Program-made: the position numbers and the translations under genes
Shown: piece after piece, positions 48,990 through 58,585 of the stretch
How the letters are laid out: each line of letters starts with the position of its first letter
How positions within the stretch are numbered: the first letter of the stretch is position 1
Notes under the pieces: generated by a model
Database searches by the model: none
What the model saw: the letters and a program-made list of their open reading frames with translations, nothing else
Told to the model about the DNA's origin: nothing
Source: Marvinbryantia sp.
Lineage (GTDB): Bacteria > Bacillota > Clostridia > Lachnospirales > Lachnospiraceae
Reading direction: 5' to 3'
DNA length: 64,000 nt
Assembly (NCBI GenBank): GCA_016297895.1
Contig: JAEDFS010000001.1
Location: 35,504 to 99,503 of the forward strand

Positions 48990-49820
48990 GTGCAGCTGAA
49001 TAAAGGTGAAAATGGAGTGATTGATTTTAATTCCAAAAAGGGATTTATCTGTGACATGGATGGAGTAATCTACCACGGAGACAGAGTATTACCGGGAGCA
49101 AAGGAATTTGTATCCTGGCTTCAAAAAGAAAAAAAACTATATTTGTTTCTGACAAACAACAGTGGGCTAACGCAGAAAGAACTTCGACAGAAGCTGCTGC
49201 GAATGGGATTGGATGTTTCGGAAGAGCATTTTTATACAAGTGCATTAGCTACAGCAGAGTTTTTAAAACTTCAGGCTCCGGGATGCTCTGTTTATGCGGT
49301 AGGAGAAGCCGGATTATTAAATGCTTTGTATGATGCCGGAATCATGATGAATGATGTGAATCCGGAATATGTTGTTATGGGAGAAGGAAGAAGCTATTCA
49401 CTGGAAACACTTACAAGAGCAGTGAACCTTGTTATGAAAGGTGCAAAATTGATAGGTGCCAACTCGGATGTATCGGGACCGATAGAAAATGGAATATCAC
49501 CTGCTTGTAAAGCGCTGGTTGCTCCTATTGAAATGGCAACCGGAAAGCAGGCTTATTTTTGCGGAAAACCAAATCCGCTTATGATGAGAACAGGTCTAAG
49601 ACTTTTGGGCTGTCATTCAGAAGAGGCAGTGATCGTTGGTGACCGCATGGATACCGATATTATTGCTGGAACAGAAAGCGGTATAGCAACTGTGTTAGTG
49701 TTATCAGGAATATCAGATGAAAATACCCCAGCAAAGTATGCATATCAGCCTACAATGATTTTGTCCGGAGTAGGGGAGATCGTGAACCGGGCTGAAGCAA
49801 GCTCAAAACTGTGCGTATAA
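48990..49820 (+). CDS. HAD-IIA family hydrolase (NagD-like)
   Basis: DMDGVIY, FLTNNS, CGKPNP, VGDRMDTDI.AG. Start may instead be GTG at 49017. Confidence 0.9.
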   Translation: MQLNKGENGVIDFNSKKGFICDMDGVIYHGDRVLPGAKEFVSWLQKEKKLYLFLTNNSGLTQKELRQKLLRMGLDVSEEHFYTSALATAEFLKLQAPGCSVYAVGEAGLLNALYDAGIMMNDVNPEYVVMGEGRSYSLETLTRAVNLVMKGAKLIGANSDVSGPIENGISPACKALVAPIEMATGKQAYFCGKPNPLMMRTGLRLLGCHSEEAVIVGDRMDTDIIAGTESGIATVLVLSGISDENTPAKYAYQPTMILSGVGEIVNRAEASSKLCV

Positions 49821-49892
49821 GATGATAAATGAGGTATCTCAGTTGCTGCTCCAATTTGAGATATCTTTTTTCGTTTTAATGGAAGGAAGGAT

Positions 49893-50807
49893 ATGTTGGA
49901 TAAAAATATCGCAGAGAATGAGCAGAAGCCGGTAACGGAAAACAATAAGGATAACTTTGGATTTGAACCGATCATAACGGATTCTATCCATGCAGTCAGC
50001 GTATTGGAGGAAAATGGTATCGTCTATGAAGGAGATCTGGAGTTAAGTAAGATCGGTTTCTGCAAAGTAGAGGCACAACAGGGATGCTTAACGGGTTCCT
50101 TTTGCATTCCCAAATTATTGCATGTTCAGGACAGCAGATATCAGATTCTGTTTTTCATTACAAGAGATAAGATCGTATTGGTCGATGATGACAATTTTTC
50201 AAGGAAAATTGTTGACAGGATCCGCCATAGAAAGAGTGTCTGTTATAAATCAAAAGAAATCTTTCTTTTCAATTATATTGCGGAATTTATGAATCGGGAT
50301 CTGGAACGTTTGGTTCAGTTTGAAAAGCAGATCATGGAGCTGGAAGAATCGGTGCATAACGGCCATACCGATGATTTTCAATCCAGTATCATGTCTCTTC
50401 GGCGAGATCTTCTGATACTACGCGGTTATTATGATGAAATCATGGATGTTGGAAAAGCGTTGGAGGAAAATGAAAACCGTTATTTCGCAAAAAAACACCT
50501 GAAGTATTTTGGTACAATATCTGATCGGGCAGAGAGGTTAATGAATAAAACGTCACATCTGCTGGAGTATGCCGGTCAGGTGAAAGATGCTTACCAGGCT
50601 AAGGTTGATGCGAAACAAAACAGTAATATGCAGTTTCTGACAATTATATCAACCATTTTTTTCCCCCTTACCTTAATTACAGGCTGGTATGGGATGAATT
50701 TTCAGAATATGCCTGAGCTGGAAAATGGATATCCGGGAGTGATTGTATTAAGTGTTGTTGTAGCAGTTACCAGTATCATTGTGTTTAAAATTAAGAAAAT
50801 ATTTTAG
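49893..50807 (+). CDS. CorA family divalent cation transporter
   Basis: N..MQFLT..STIF.PLTLITGWYGMNF..MPE with two C-terminal TMs. Confidence 0.92.
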   Translation: MLDKNIAENEQKPVTENNKDNFGFEPIITDSIHAVSVLEENGIVYEGDLELSKIGFCKVEAQQGCLTGSFCIPKLLHVQDSRYQILFFITRDKIVLVDDDNFSRKIVDRIRHRKSVCYKSKEIFLFNYIAEFMNRDLERLVQFEKQIMELEESVHNGHTDDFQSSIMSLRRDLLILRGYYDEIMDVGKALEENENRYFAKKHLKYFGTISDRAERLMNKTSHLLEYAGQVKDAYQAKVDAKQNSNMQFLTIISTIFFPLTLITGWYGMNFQNMPELENGYPGVIVLSVVVAVTSIIVFKIKKIF

Positions 50808-50870
50808 TGATCTGTCAAGATATTCCAGGCCCTGATGCATCGGTAATTCACAAACACTCCCGTTTTATAT

Positions 50871-51641
50871 TTACGACTTACTGCAGAGATCAAAGAAGTA
50901 CAGCAGGTATTTTTTTCCGGATTCTTCGGTTTTTCTGGATACTTTTTTCGTATACATAACTTCCGGATGGAACTGGACACCGATGATCGGCAGAGATTTG
51001 TGCTGATACCCTTCAATGGTGCCATCAGCATCTTTCATGGTAACTTTCAGATCCTTTGCCAGCTTTTTGACCGCCTGATGATGGGAATGCAGGGTCTCAA
51101 AGGAAGTGCCGAAAAGTTTGCGCATCGCTGTCTTGGAAACTGTTTTTGTTGTACGGCAGGCCCATTTGTAATGGGAATAACCGATATCTGTCTTGAGTGT
51201 TCCTCCGAGAACAACATTGACAAGCTGTGCTCCCCGACAGATTCCAAGGATTGGTTTTTTTGCTTTTTTAAATTTTTTTACTAAATCAATTTCAAACTGA
51301 TCCAGTTTCTTATCATAGATATGTTTTTTACAGATCGTCTTTGAATGATAGAAAGAGGGATGCACATGTTTTCCGCCGGGGACGATCAATCCGTCAAAAG
51401 AGGAAACTTTGATTTTGGCAGAAGAGACCGTGACCAGTCGGATCTGGTACGGAACATTCGCATCCTTGTTGAATTTCGTTATGGCTTTTTTGACGTTTTT
51501 GTCAGGACTTTTGGGGAGTGCAATGGTAAGAATTTTTTTTGTTTTGGCCTTAGAATAAGCATCTACCCGAGTCTGAGTACAAACGAAGCAAGTCAGAATT
51601 ACAAGAAAAAAGACAGTTAATTGATTCCTTATTTTTTTCAT
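50871..51641 (-). CDS. peptidase C26 / gamma-glutamyl-gamma-aminobutyrate hydrolase family protein with N-terminal signal-like sequence
   Basis: DGLIVPGG, PILGICRGAQ (Cys nucleophile), SHHQAV, GVQFHPE (His-Glu). Confidence 0.85.
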   Translation of the reverse strand: MKKIRNQLTVFFLVILTCFVCTQTRVDAYSKAKTKKILTIALPKSPDKNVKKAITKFNKDANVPYQIRLVTVSSAKIKVSSFDGLIVPGGKHVHPSFYHSKTICKKHIYDKKLDQFEIDLVKKFKKAKKPILGICRGAQLVNVVLGGTLKTDIGYSHYKWACRTTKTVSKTAMRKLFGTSFETLHSHHQAVKKLAKDLKVTMKDADGTIEGYQHKSLPIIGVQFHPEVMYTKKVSRKTEESGKKYLLYFFDLCSKS

Positions 51642-51868
51642 AACATTTCCCCCAGTTCTTTTCTGAAAGAGAAATTTTCCGCAAGAATGGCGGTGGCATT
51701 CCTGAATGGAAATAATTTCCCTGTAAACAGCATAGTACGGAGTTTGAACATTTGCAACAGAAAATAGATTTTTCTATTGATTTTTCCCAGAGTCTGTCGG
51801 ATAATAGGATATTAGATTGGATGATTTTGGCCGTGAAAACGGCTATGGAACAATAATGGAGGTTACTT

Positions 51869-54271
51869 ATGAAGCACAATTTCAAGGCAATTGAGAGCAA
51901 GTGGCAGCAGAAGTGGGAAGAAAGCAAGATCTTCCGTGCAGTAGACGGCTCTGACAAACCGAAGTTTTATGGTCTGGTAGAGTTCCCCTACCCCAGCGGA
52001 GCGGGAATGCATGTAGGTCATATCAAAGCGTATTCCAGTATTGAAGTCGTATCCAGAAAGCGCCGTATGGAGGGATACAATGTCCTGTTCCCCATCGGAT
52101 TTGACGCATTCGGTCTGCCGACAGAAAACTACGCTATCAAGACAGCAACACATCCCAGAATCATCACAGACAGAAATATTGAAAAGTTTTCCAATCAGCT
52201 GAAAAAGGTTGGATTCTCTTTTGACTGGGATCGTGTGATCGATACAACAGACGAAGATTTTTATAAATGGACACAGTGGATCTTCCTGAAAATGTTTGAA
52301 AAGGGTCTGGTTTACAGAGATAAGGCCTGGGTAAACTATTGTCCTTCCTGTAAGGTAGTTCTTTCCAATGAAGACAGCCAGGGAGGAAAATGCGATATCT
52401 GCCACAGCGATGTCGTACAGAAATCAAAGGATGTGTGGTATCTGCGGATCACTCAGTATGCGGACAGACTGCTGCAGGGTCTTGATACCGTAGAATATCC
52501 GGAAAATATCAAGCAGCAGCAGATGAACTGGATCGGAAAATCCACCGGTGCATTTGTAGATTTTTCTGTAGAAGGAATTGAGGATAAGCTTCAGATCTAT
52601 ACCACCAGACCGGATACGCTGTTCGGAGTGACGTTTATGGTTATTGCTCCGGAGCATCCGCTGATCGATAAATATGCAGACAAGATCTCCAACATGGATG
52701 CCATCCAGGCATATCGTGCAGAGTGCAATAAGAAGACGGAGTTCGAGAGAACTCAGCTGGTAAAAGATAAGACAGGTGTGAAGCTGGAAGGTCTTATGGG
52801 CATCAATCCGGTCAACGGCAAAAAGATCCCTATCTTCATTGCAGACTATGTAATGATGGGTTATGGTACCGGTGCGATCATGGCTGTACCGGCTCATGAC
52901 CAGAGAGATTATGATTTTGCGAAAGCCTTTGGCATTGATATCATTGAAGTTATCAAAGGCGGTGATATCGATATCGAAGCTTACACAGGTGACGGAGAGA
53001 TGATCAATTCCGATTTCCTGAACGGATACACCAATAAAAAGGATTCCATTGCCAGAATGATCGAAGAACTGGAAAAAATGGGTATTGGAAAAGGCGGTGT
53101 TCAGTTCAAGATGAAAGACTGGGCATTCAACCGTCAGAGATATTGGGGTGAGCCCATCCCGATCGTGCATTGTCCTCACTGCGGTGATGTAGCAGTTCCC
53201 TACGAAGAGTTGCCGCTGCGTCTTCCGAAAATCGAGAATTTTGAGCCGGGAAGCGAGGGAGAATCTCCTCTTGCCAAGATCGAATCTTTTGTAAACTGCA
53301 AATGTCCGAAATGCGGCCGTGATGCGAAACGTGAGACAGATACCATGCCTCAGTGGGCAGGATCTTCCTGGTACTATCTGCGCTATATCGATCCGCATAA
53401 TGATAAATGTCTGGCAGACATGGATAAATTAAAATACTGGATGCCGGTAGACTGGTACAACGGCGGTATGGAGCATGTGACCAGACATATGATCTACTCC
53501 AGATTCTGGCATCAGTTCCTCTATGATCTGGGCGTGGTAAATACTCCGGAACCTTATGCAAAACGTTCCGCACAGGGGCTGATCCTGGGACCGGACGGGG
53601 AAAAGATGAGCAAATCAAAAGGAAATGTAATCGATCCCCTGGATATCGTGGAAGAATACGGTGCCGATACTCTGAGAACCTACGTACTGTTCATGGGTGA
53701 TTACGGCGTGGCAACTCCCTGGAATGACAGCTCCACCAAGGGATGTAAGAGATTCCTGGAACGTGTGGCTGCACTGACGGATAAACTGACAGATGAGCCG
53801 GCGACTCCGGATTTTGAGTCCAAGCTTCATAAGACTATTAAAAAGGTTTCCTCTGATATCGAGGATATGAAGTTCAATACAGCCATCGCAAGCCTGATGA
53901 CACTGGTCAACGAGGTCTATGCGGTAGGAAGTATCAATAAAGAGAATCTTACCATTCTGATCAAGCTGCTCTGCCCATTTGCTCCGCACCTCTGCGAAGA
54001 GATCTGGGAGACGATCGGCGGAGAAGGATTCCTGTCTCTGGCAGAATGGCCGAAATGCGACGAGTCCAAGACCGTAGATGCTACGAAGGAGATCGGAGTT
54101 CAGGTCAACGGAAAGCTGAAAGGCACGATCGTGATTCCTACGGATGCGGAGAAGGAACAGGTACTTGCCATTGCCAAGGCAGACGGAAAGATTCAGTTTG
54201 CTATTGGAGACAAGACCATCGTAAAAGAGATCTATGTACCGAATAAAATTGTAAATCTTGTTGTAAAATAA
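51869..54271 (+). CDS. leuS: leucine--tRNA ligase
   Basis: FPYPSG..HVGH, TTRPDT editing domain, GTGAIMAVPAHD, RQRYWG.PIP, KMSKS, VQVNGK. Confidence 0.97.
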   Translation: MKHNFKAIESKWQQKWEESKIFRAVDGSDKPKFYGLVEFPYPSGAGMHVGHIKAYSSIEVVSRKRRMEGYNVLFPIGFDAFGLPTENYAIKTATHPRIITDRNIEKFSNQLKKVGFSFDWDRVIDTTDEDFYKWTQWIFLKMFEKGLVYRDKAWVNYCPSCKVVLSNEDSQGGKCDICHSDVVQKSKDVWYLRITQYADRLLQGLDTVEYPENIKQQQMNWIGKSTGAFVDFSVEGIEDKLQIYTTRPDTLFGVTFMVIAPEHPLIDKYADKISNMDAIQAYRAECNKKTEFERTQLVKDKTGVKLEGLMGINPVNGKKIPIFIADYVMMGYGTGAIMAVPAHDQRDYDFAKAFGIDIIEVIKGGDIDIEAYTGDGEMINSDFLNGYTNKKDSIARMIEELEKMGIGKGGVQFKMKDWAFNRQRYWGEPIPIVHCPHCGDVAVPYEELPLRLPKIENFEPGSEGESPLAKIESFVNCKCPKCGRDAKRETDTMPQWAGSSWYYLRYIDPHNDKCLADMDKLKYWMPVDWYNGGMEHVTRHMIYSRFWHQFLYDLGVVNTPEPYAKRSAQGLILGPDGEKMSKSKGNVIDPLDIVEEYGADTLRTYVLFMGDYGVATPWNDSSTKGCKRFLERVAALTDKLTDEPATPDFESKLHKTIKKVSSDIEDMKFNTAIASLMTLVNEVYAVGSINKENLTILIKLLCPFAPHLCEEIWETIGGEGFLSLAEWPKCDESKTVDATKEIGVQVNGKLKGTIVIPTDAEKEQVLAIAKADGKIQFAIGDKTIVKEIYVPNKIVNLVVK

Positions 54272-54277
54272 AGAAAA

Positions 54278-54319
54278 AGGGGAGGCAGAATCATTGGTGT
54301 AAATGGTTTTGCTTCCCCT
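54278..54319 (+). terminator. hairpin after leuS
   Basis: AGGGGAGGCAGAATCATT / AATGGTTTTGCTTCCCCT imperfect stem, weak U-tract. Confidence 0.6.
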
Positions 54320-54366
54320 GTATATTCTGATTATTTGCAGGGATTTCGACACAGATTGGAGATTTT

Positions 54367-55194
54367 ATGAAAAAAGATTACCGTGTCATTGCACTGGATA
54401 TGGACGGCACCGTATTAAATGATCAGAAAAAGATCACAGAGCGCACCCGTCTTGCGATCCACAGGGCCCTGGCTGCCGGAAAGGAAGTGGTCTTCTGTAC
54501 CGGACGGGCCTATTCGGAGATGGAAGAATACCTGGATGAGTTTTCCGATATGCATTATCTTTGTCTGGAAAGCGGTGCCCTGATTTATGACCATCAGAAG
54601 AAAAAACCGCTTCAAATGAGCACTATCGATACCAGAACCCTCGAGGCTCTGGAACAGGCCACTGGAGTAAGAGACATTCTCGTCCAGATCTTCAGCGAAG
54701 GCCGTTCTCTTTTAAACCGCCGCCATACCGGGCAGTTGAACCGTTTTTACATGAGCGCTTATCAGGAGCTTTATGAGCACAGCGTCACACCTGTCGAGGA
54801 TGTATTTGCATATATCAGGTCTTCCTGTTCCAACGTGGAAAAAGTGAACCTGTATCACACTTCTCCCGAAGAGCGGGAGATTACCAGAAAAGTTCTGGCA
54901 TCCCTGCAGCTTCCCCTTATCATCGTGGATTCCGAGATTACCTCTCTGGAATGTACACCACCTGGCATCAATAAAGCTTTTGGACTTCAAAACCTTTGCC
55001 GTACCCTGAATATTACCATGGAACAGGTTATCATGGTAGGGGATGCCGACAATGACTGCGCAGCTCTGAAAGCTGCCGGACTTTCTGTTGCCATGGGAAA
55101 TGCACAGCCTTACATACGGGATCTCTGTGATATACAGACAGCGGACAACAATCATGACGGTTGTGCTCAGATCATTGAGACTTATCTTTTGTAA
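54367..55194 (+). CDS. Cof-type HAD-IIB hydrolase
   Basis: ALDMDGT, CTGR, GINKA, VGDADND..L, VAMGNA, N.HDG. Confidence 0.9.
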   Translation: MKKDYRVIALDMDGTVLNDQKKITERTRLAIHRALAAGKEVVFCTGRAYSEMEEYLDEFSDMHYLCLESGALIYDHQKKKPLQMSTIDTRTLEALEQATGVRDILVQIFSEGRSLLNRRHTGQLNRFYMSAYQELYEHSVTPVEDVFAYIRSSCSNVEKVNLYHTSPEEREITRKVLASLQLPLIIVDSEITSLECTPPGINKAFGLQNLCRTLNITMEQVIMVGDADNDCAALKAAGLSVAMGNAQPYIRDLCDIQTADNNHDGCAQIIETYLL

Positions 55195-55286
55195 ACCTCA
55201 TGCCCGCACATTTGGTACCGCCATAATTCAAGAATGCTGCTTGATTGGCTCTATATGGGAAAAAGATTATATTACGGAGGAAAAAG

Positions 55287-55847
55287 ATGGGAATTGCGGA
55301 ACTTTTTATTATTGCGGTGGGCCTGTCTATGGATGCTTTTGCAGTGTCTGTCTGTAAGGGATTATCTCTTGGAAAAATTCGCACAAAGCATATGTGTATT
55401 GCAGGAGCCTGGTTTGGTGGATTTCAGGCGTTGATGCCTGCCATTGGATATGCCCTTGGAAGTACCTTTGCTGATCTGATCACAAGATGGGATCATTGGA
55501 TCGCTTTTATTTTACTGGCCATTATTGGAGGAAATATGGTAAAAGAATCCTTTGGTGAGGAAGAGGAAATGGACGGTTCCATGACGGCAAAGACCATGTT
55601 TTTGCTGGCTGTGGCAACCAGTATTGACGCTCTGGCCGTGGGTGTGACCTTTGCATTTATGAAAGTGAATATCCTGACAGCCGTACTGTTCATTGGATGT
55701 ATCACCTTTGTCTGTTCGGCGATCGGGGTGAAGATTGGAAGTATTTTCGGAACAAAATATAAATCAAAAGCGGAGCTCTTCGGTGGAATCATTCTGATTC
55801 TGATTGGATGCAAGATTCTTCTGGAAGGCATCGGAATTCCGGGATAA
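55287..55847 (+). CDS. mntP: manganese efflux pump
   Basis: [41 protein letters not shown] at 55287 after GGAGG. Confidence 0.93.
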   Translation: MGIAELFIIAVGLSMDAFAVSVCKGLSLGKIRTKHMCIAGAWFGGFQALMPAIGYALGSTFADLITRWDHWIAFILLAIIGGNMVKESFGEEEEMDGSMTAKTMFLLAVATSIDALAVGVTFAFMKVNILTAVLFIGCITFVCSAIGVKIGSIFGTKYKSKAELFGGIILILIGCKILLEGIGIPG

Positions 55848-55852
55848 ATATT

Positions 55853-55888
55853 ACGGGACGCTGCAAAGACGCAGCGTCCCGTGTTTTT
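55853..55888. terminator. terminator between convergent mntP and the response regulator
   Basis: ACGGGACGCTGC-aaagac-GCAGCGTCCCGT followed by GTTTTT. Confidence 0.85.
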
Positions 55889-55903
55889 GGAAATAAAAGA
55901 ATT

Positions 55904-56647
55904 CTACAATCCCCGTCCCTGACGGAATGCGGTGGGGGAGATTCCGTAATAGGTACGGAATGCTTTGCTGAAATAATTATTGTCGGAATAGCCGACCCGC
56001 TGGGAAATATCCTGGATCTTGATGCCGGGATCCAGCAAAAGCTCCCGGGCCCGTTCCATTCTGACCTGCAGGACATACTCATAGATCCCGCAATGGTAGC
56101 GGGCTTTAAACTGACGGGTCAGATATTCTTTGGAGAAAAAGTATTTATCCGCAAACATGGAGATCTTAATATTCTGACTGTAATTTTTGTCAATGTAATC
56201 ATGAATGATCTCAATGACGGTATCCGAATCCAGATTGGTTTCCTCGTGTTCTTCCGATACGGGAGTAAATCCGGGAGAGAGGTTCTGCAGAGTGCGAAGG
56301 ATCGCTTCATTTAAGTCCTCCTCCACGATGGGCTTCAGAAGATAGTCCACTGCTCCGTAACGGATGGCCTGCTGTGCATAGAAAAAATCATCGTAACCGC
56401 TGATGATAATAAACCGGGTATTTGGAAATTCCTCAGAAGCAATTTTCAGAAATTCAGTACCGTTCATAACGGGCATATTCATATCTGCAAAAACGATATC
56501 CGGCTGCACTTCCCGCATGGTAGCAAGTGCTTCTTTTCCGTTTGCTGCCATAAGGGGCGGTTCGATCTGAAAATGAGCCCATTTCCCGAGCTTGCTGATG
56601 GCAATGCGAACCGGTTTTTCGTCATCCACGATCAATGCTTTGTACAT
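55904..56647 (-). CDS. two-component response regulator, receiver plus AraC HTH (YesN-like)
   Basis: IVDDE, D.NMP.MNG, SGYDDF.YAQ.A, YLLKP; VGYSDNNYFSKAF....GISP..FR. Confidence 0.93.
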   Translation of the reverse strand: MYKALIVDDEKPVRIAISKLGKWAHFQIEPPLMAANGKEALATMREVQPDIVFADMNMPVMNGTEFLKIASEEFPNTRFIIISGYDDFFYAQQAIRYGAVDYLLKPIVEEDLNEAILRTLQNLSPGFTPVSEEHEETNLDSDTVIEIIHDYIDKNYSQNIKISMFADKYFFSKEYLTRQFKARYHCGIYEYVLQVRMERARELLLDPGIKIQDISQRVGYSDNNYFSKAFRTYYGISPTAFRQGRGL

Positions 56648-58421
56648 GTGTTTTTCCTCCTTTGGACTGATAGGGATCTGCAGGAACCTGCATGGTAATG
56701 GTTGTGCCTTCTCCCGGAATGCTGCTGATCATTAATGAACCCGTGTCCGGGTACAGGATATGGAGACGGCTGTAGAGATTGGCCAGGCCGATTTTTCCGG
56801 CGGAGCCGGGCTCCAGGAAATGGCGGAATTCTTCCTCCATGCGGTCAAGCTGCTCAGGCGGGATGCCGCAGCCGTTATCTGCAACGATAATGTTCAGCAG
56901 GCCGTCTGATAATATGGCCTGAATACGGATATCAATGGAAGGGCTGTCCGGTTTCATCCCGTGTATGATGGAATTTTCCACCAGAAGCTGAATGCTGATT
57001 TTGGGAAGAATGAGCTCCATCAGACTTTCTTCCACATCAAAGGTCACATTCAGACGGTCTTCCAGGCGCATTTTCTGGAGAAGAACATAGTTTTTTACAT
57101 ACGTGATCTCTGATCTTAATTTTACCAGATCTCCTTCTTTGATCGAGTACCGGAGATTGGATGCCAGCGAGGTGATCATCCGGTTGATCTGCGGCTGATC
57201 ATTCAGAAGTGCTTCCGTACCGATGGCCTGCAGGGTATTGTAAAGAAAATGAGGATTCAGCTGAGCTTCCAGTGCCGTAAGGCGTGAAGTTTTTTCACTG
57301 ATCTCAGCCAGATAGTTTTTGCGGATCAGGTCATCAATATGGCTTACCATGTCATTGAAATTTATGGACAGATCCGCAATTTCTTTGCTTCCGCTTACTT
57401 CGGGCAGGGGAGAAAAAATACCGTTGCCGACGGTCTGCATCTGTCTGCTCAGTCTGGTAAGCGGGCGTGTGGCGATCCGGAGAATGAAAAAGATCAGAAC
57501 GGAGACGACAGCCCACAATAAAATGCCCATTAACGCATTTCCCTGCAGGGCGGAATAGATCTCCCGGTTTAAGACTTCCATGGGAAGAAGAGAGACCATG
57601 TGCAGCTCATATTTTTCGCTGGTTGCCAGGACAGCCAGATAAGATTTTCCGCCCAGCTCAGTCAGGAAGGAAGCGTTTCCCTGGCTGTCTTCAGGAAGAT
57701 CCAAAAGGAAACTGTCGCTGACAAGGGCAGGATCTCCGGAATACAGAAGGGAATGATACTTGTTAAAAATGCAGATAAATTCTTCGCTGTTCTGGTGTTC
57801 CTGATTCAGGGAACGGGCATAGGAGGCATCCACATCCAGCCGGACTACAGCCTCAGGGGTGCTGTCCTGGATCCGGATAATGGACTGATAGTAGTGAAAA
57901 AAGCTGTCCGAATCGGAAGCGGGCTGTATGGAATTATAAAACTTTCCCTGGGAACAGTCAATATATCCCTCTTCGTTCAGCAAAGAAGAAGAAGGGAGCA
58001 GCATGATATGCTGACTGTTTTTTCCGCGGCCGTAAGCCAGATCCTGATGGCAGAAATAGATCTCGTAACCATTCAGATCAGAACGGGAATGGTAATTGAG
58101 CCGAATCTGATCTTTGATATAGTTTTGCTGGGAGGATGTAAAGGGAGATTTGCTCTTGATCGCAAGATTAAACTCACTGTCATACAGAGGCTGCAGGCAG
58201 AAGGAAGCCAGATCCCGGATGTACTGATCCATATTCTGAAGCTCGATATCAAGAAGACGGCTGGAAGAGCTGATCCGCTGTTCCATCACATATTCCCTGC
58301 TGTGGCGGTAGTCCCGGATCAGGAACATACCCAGCAGCAGGGTAGTAGAAAGAGTCATCAGGATCTGCAGCTGCAGCCAGAGCGGGATTATAGAAATAAA
58401 GGAGTGCTTTTTTGAATTCAT
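56622..58421 (-). CDS. sensor histidine kinase (YesM-like)
   Basis: Two TMs, HAMP, EAQLNPHFLYNTL, Q.LVENSI.HG, DNG.G, IGL.N..RL, GT. Start taken at ATG 58421. Confidence 0.92.
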   Translation of the reverse strand: MNSKKHSFISIIPLWLQLQILMTLSTTLLLGMFLIRDYRHSREYVMEQRISSSSRLLDIELQNMDQYIRDLASFCLQPLYDSEFNLAIKSKSPFTSSQQNYIKDQIRLNYHSRSDLNGYEIYFCHQDLAYGRGKNSQHIMLLPSSSLLNEEGYIDCSQGKFYNSIQPASDSDSFFHYYQSIIRIQDSTPEAVVRLDVDASYARSLNQEHQNSEEFICIFNKYHSLLYSGDPALVSDSFLLDLPEDSQGNASFLTELGGKSYLAVLATSEKYELHMVSLLPMEVLNREIYSALQGNALMGILLWAVVSVLIFFILRIATRPLTRLSRQMQTVGNGIFSPLPEVSGSKEIADLSINFNDMVSHIDDLIRKNYLAEISEKTSRLTALEAQLNPHFLYNTLQAIGTEALLNDQPQINRMITSLASNLRYSIKEGDLVKLRSEITYVKNYVLLQKMRLEDRLNVTFDVEESLMELILPKISIQLLVENSIIHGMKPDSPSIDIRIQAILSDGLLNIIVADNGCGIPPEQLDRMEEEFRHFLEPGSAGKIGLANLYSRLHILYPDTGSLMISSIPGEGTTITMQVPADPYQSKGGKTHVQSIDRG

Positions 58422-58464
58422 GGCAAAATCGTTCTTTCTGTTTGTTATTTTCAATGAAATTTGG

Positions 58465-58514
58465 TCAATATTTTACAGAAAACCGTTCAATATTTTCTAT
58501 TCTCCTAATATTTT
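58465..58514 (+). promoter_or_regulatory. direct repeats, candidate YesN-like activator sites
   Basis: TCAATATTTT at 58465 and 58487, CTAATATTTT at 58505, upstream of TATACT (58523-58528). Confidence 0.55.
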
Positions 58515-58585
58515 AACAGATATATACTATAACTATCAAGAGAAATTGTGCAAAAGGCACAAGAAATAAGAATGGGAGGATTGTT

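Noticed and set aside
48780..51860. Intact integrative element or prophage at tRNA-Trp
   Set aside because: No integrase, phage or conjugation genes and no att duplication seen; kept only as a low-GC islet.
51642..51868. T-box leader before leuS
   Set aside because: Only a weak GGCGGTGGCATTCC resemblance, no terminator, and a likely promoter (TTGATT-17-GATAAT, 51777-51805) lies downstream of it.
55195..55286. yybP-ykoY manganese riboswitch before mntP
   Set aside because: Conserved GGGGAGTA and AGACC elements not seen in the 92-nt gap.
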